Below are positions 61,868-64,000 of a stretch of DNA of 64,000 nt, in pieces. Source of the DNA: Lingula anatina (lineage: Eukaryota > Animalia > Brachiopoda). The notes under the pieces are model-generated. The model had not been told where the DNA came from. It saw only the letters and a list, made by a program, of their open reading frames with translations, and searched no databases. The translations under genes and the position numbers were made by a program. The stretch's first letter is position 1. Each line of letters starts with the position of its first letter. The stretch lies in contig CM120644.1 of NCBI GenBank assembly GCA_051362555.1, positions 12,856,567 to 12,920,566 on the forward strand, written 5' to 3'.

Positions 61868-63456
61868 CCGGACGCACCCATTTTAGGATTGTTCGTCCCC
61901 TGCGAATTTTGCGTGCAAGGTCCAAATGAGATGTCCTTTCAAGCAGGAAATTGTACTCATTTCTCGAGTTTGTCTTGCTAACTGCACATGTCCAACATCC
62001 TCCGTATGTGCATACGGACTGTCTTCGAGCCCTCTGTCTCTGTCTGAGCCCATGTGCACGCCTCTTCTCACGTTCACCTCCAGGTAAAAGTGACTACTCA
62101 TCTTCACGTCTTAGACCGCTATGCACAATCCTGTCTCCGCCGGTTCCCTTTTTTACATTTTTACTTTTAGATTTAACTTTAAGTCGTCCGAAAGTGTACT
62201 GTTCTTTGTAATGTTGAAATCGCGCATTAATTACAGTGTACGAGAGCTTAACCAATTAAATCATGTTATACAGAGATGTTTCCTTAGGAATGCGCATTTA
62301 CGTTTTCACATAGAAATCACTGTATTTTTCTTCAATATCCAATAAGACTCTGAACTGTGTCAGATAAGTAAATATAGAAGTCTTTTTTTTTGCAGCTTGA
62401 TGCACTTCCCCTAGTTACTCTGGCATACTAAGATCATTCCTTACAAAGACATATTTCACATTAAAATCACCCTGTGCTTTTTTTCTATTTTTTAATTTGC
62501 CTCAAACAGATAGCCTTAGTAAAGATAAAGAGGCATTCACTACCACAAAGAAAGCAGAAGTCAAATTGCATGATTGATTGATTTCACAGTTTATCTTAAA
62601 TGCAGTGGAAAACTAACATTGAAACTCTGTATTTATATAAAAAAAGATAAATGTATAGACTCTTGAAATTCCATTACTCAAACAGTATAGGAACGATGTA
62701 TCATACTTCATGTAGCAAGGAAATATACCTGACAGCAGTATGAGGCGTTTTAGGTAGCCCGTATTAACATGTAGTTTGGTGCTTACATCTGATTACACAA
62801 GTTAAGCTTTGGAAGCTGCTGGCGAAATGGAATTCATAACATAAAGAGTAGGGGCGAGCGTACGTGACAAAGCAACTTTACCTGGAATACATTTCATATT
62901 AATTGTATATAAATAAATAACCCTCCTTCAAACACCACGCATCAGTCAAGGCACAAACATCTCACAGAATTGTAGGACAGAAAACTGGTAAGACATATAC
63001 TGTTCAATAACATTACTTTTCTCTTCGCTTAGCACTCAGCATATAGAGCATAAAGCTCTGTCATATTAGTAGTCCTTGTAAATGAGAAGTCCGAATGCCA
63101 CATGTGGAGCAGCTTGGTTTGTGTTTTCCCCACTCAGGTAAGAACGATTCAGGACTATACAGATCAAAAAAGACCAGGCATAAATGTTTAATACAAGTTA
63201 GGATTTCTCCGCTTTAAATTTTACTACTCAAGTGATATGAGTTAAAACAAATGTATACTTGTCCTTAACATTATTATCATCATTACTTAATAGATATGGT
63301 AGATATAATATGTATTTAGTTTTAAATTGTAAAAAAGGAAACTTGCTTATATCTTTAAAAAGGACTTAATCAGTATATAATTTAGATTGGCTGTTAACTT
63401 GTTAGTTCTGTTGATTTCCTTGTTTTAGAAATCTTGGGAATTTAGACTTTAAAATA

Positions 63457-63531
63457 ATGTCATCCATTAAGCTGATAAGCCTGCTCCTACTGGTTGCTGT
63501 ACATGGTGTCGATTCTGCAAATATTGTGAAG
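63457..63531 (+). CDS. Signal-peptide exon of EF-hand gene copy 9 (main exon beyond the window end)
   Basis: MSSIKLISLLLLVAVHGVDSANIVK|GTAGGT; upstream promoter block (TACGTG 62861, TCAGT 62942) and a homologous intron running to 64000. Confidence 0.88.
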
Positions 63532-64000
63532 GTAGGTCCAGAAAATTGTTTGTTTTTATCGTTCGTTTATTGGAACAAGCTAAGACAGTATTAATACATG
63601 AGCAGTCTGGTTCTTAAAGTGCAGGTAGTTGTGATGAAATTTTCTGCTGGTCTGTAACCTTTCAGTGTGTTTCACTTCATTGAATAAGAGAACGTTTTCT
63701 TTCTTGGATGATGTCTTTTATGTTAAAACGTGTTTACAAACAAAATAAGAAACCAATTTTTCATAAAACCAATATTATTCGACATAATCAACGTCATTTC
63801 TTAGAAAAAAATATGCCTGTCCTAAGCAATAGCCCATATGTCCGTTTTAAACCCAATTTAAAATATTTTTCAAATATTTAAACAAACATAATACATGCAA
63901 GACGATGTCATATCTAAAAAATACACCTGCAAAAAATATTATATATAAATGATATATAGGGCCCACTTGAAAAGCAATTTTCATCTTTTCAAAGAATGTT

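Overview
AT-rich animal (invertebrate-type) genomic DNA, not prokaryotic. The window is a head-to-tail tandem array, all on the + strand, of one spliced gene family. It encodes ~203-aa secreted proteins: a 25-aa signal-peptide exon plus a 178-aa exon with three canonical EF-hand loops (EF1, EF3, EF4; EF2 degenerate). This is the architecture of the sarcoplasmic Ca2+-binding protein / coelenterazine-binding protein / aequorin-type fold, whose characterised members are intracellular. Nine units can be seen: copies 2, 3, 6 and 8 are intact, copies 1, 4 and 7 are disabled, copy 5 has lost its signal exon, and copy 9 runs off the window. There are also two 3' fragments and decayed exon fossils in the spacers. 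Copies 2-9 share a promoter-like block (GATA / TACGTG / TATA-like / TCAGT) and a probable short non-coding first exon. Transposons fill the array: two BEL/Pao LTR retrotransposons (one with identical LTRs), a 17-kb nested Helentron/HINE-like insertion, two Academ-like elements, a Ginger element, ISL2EU/Kolobok-like remnants, L2 and Tc1 fragments, several MITEs, a Penelope-type hairpin with a hammerhead-like core, and minisatellites. All coordinates and family assignments were read by eye; no database search was run.
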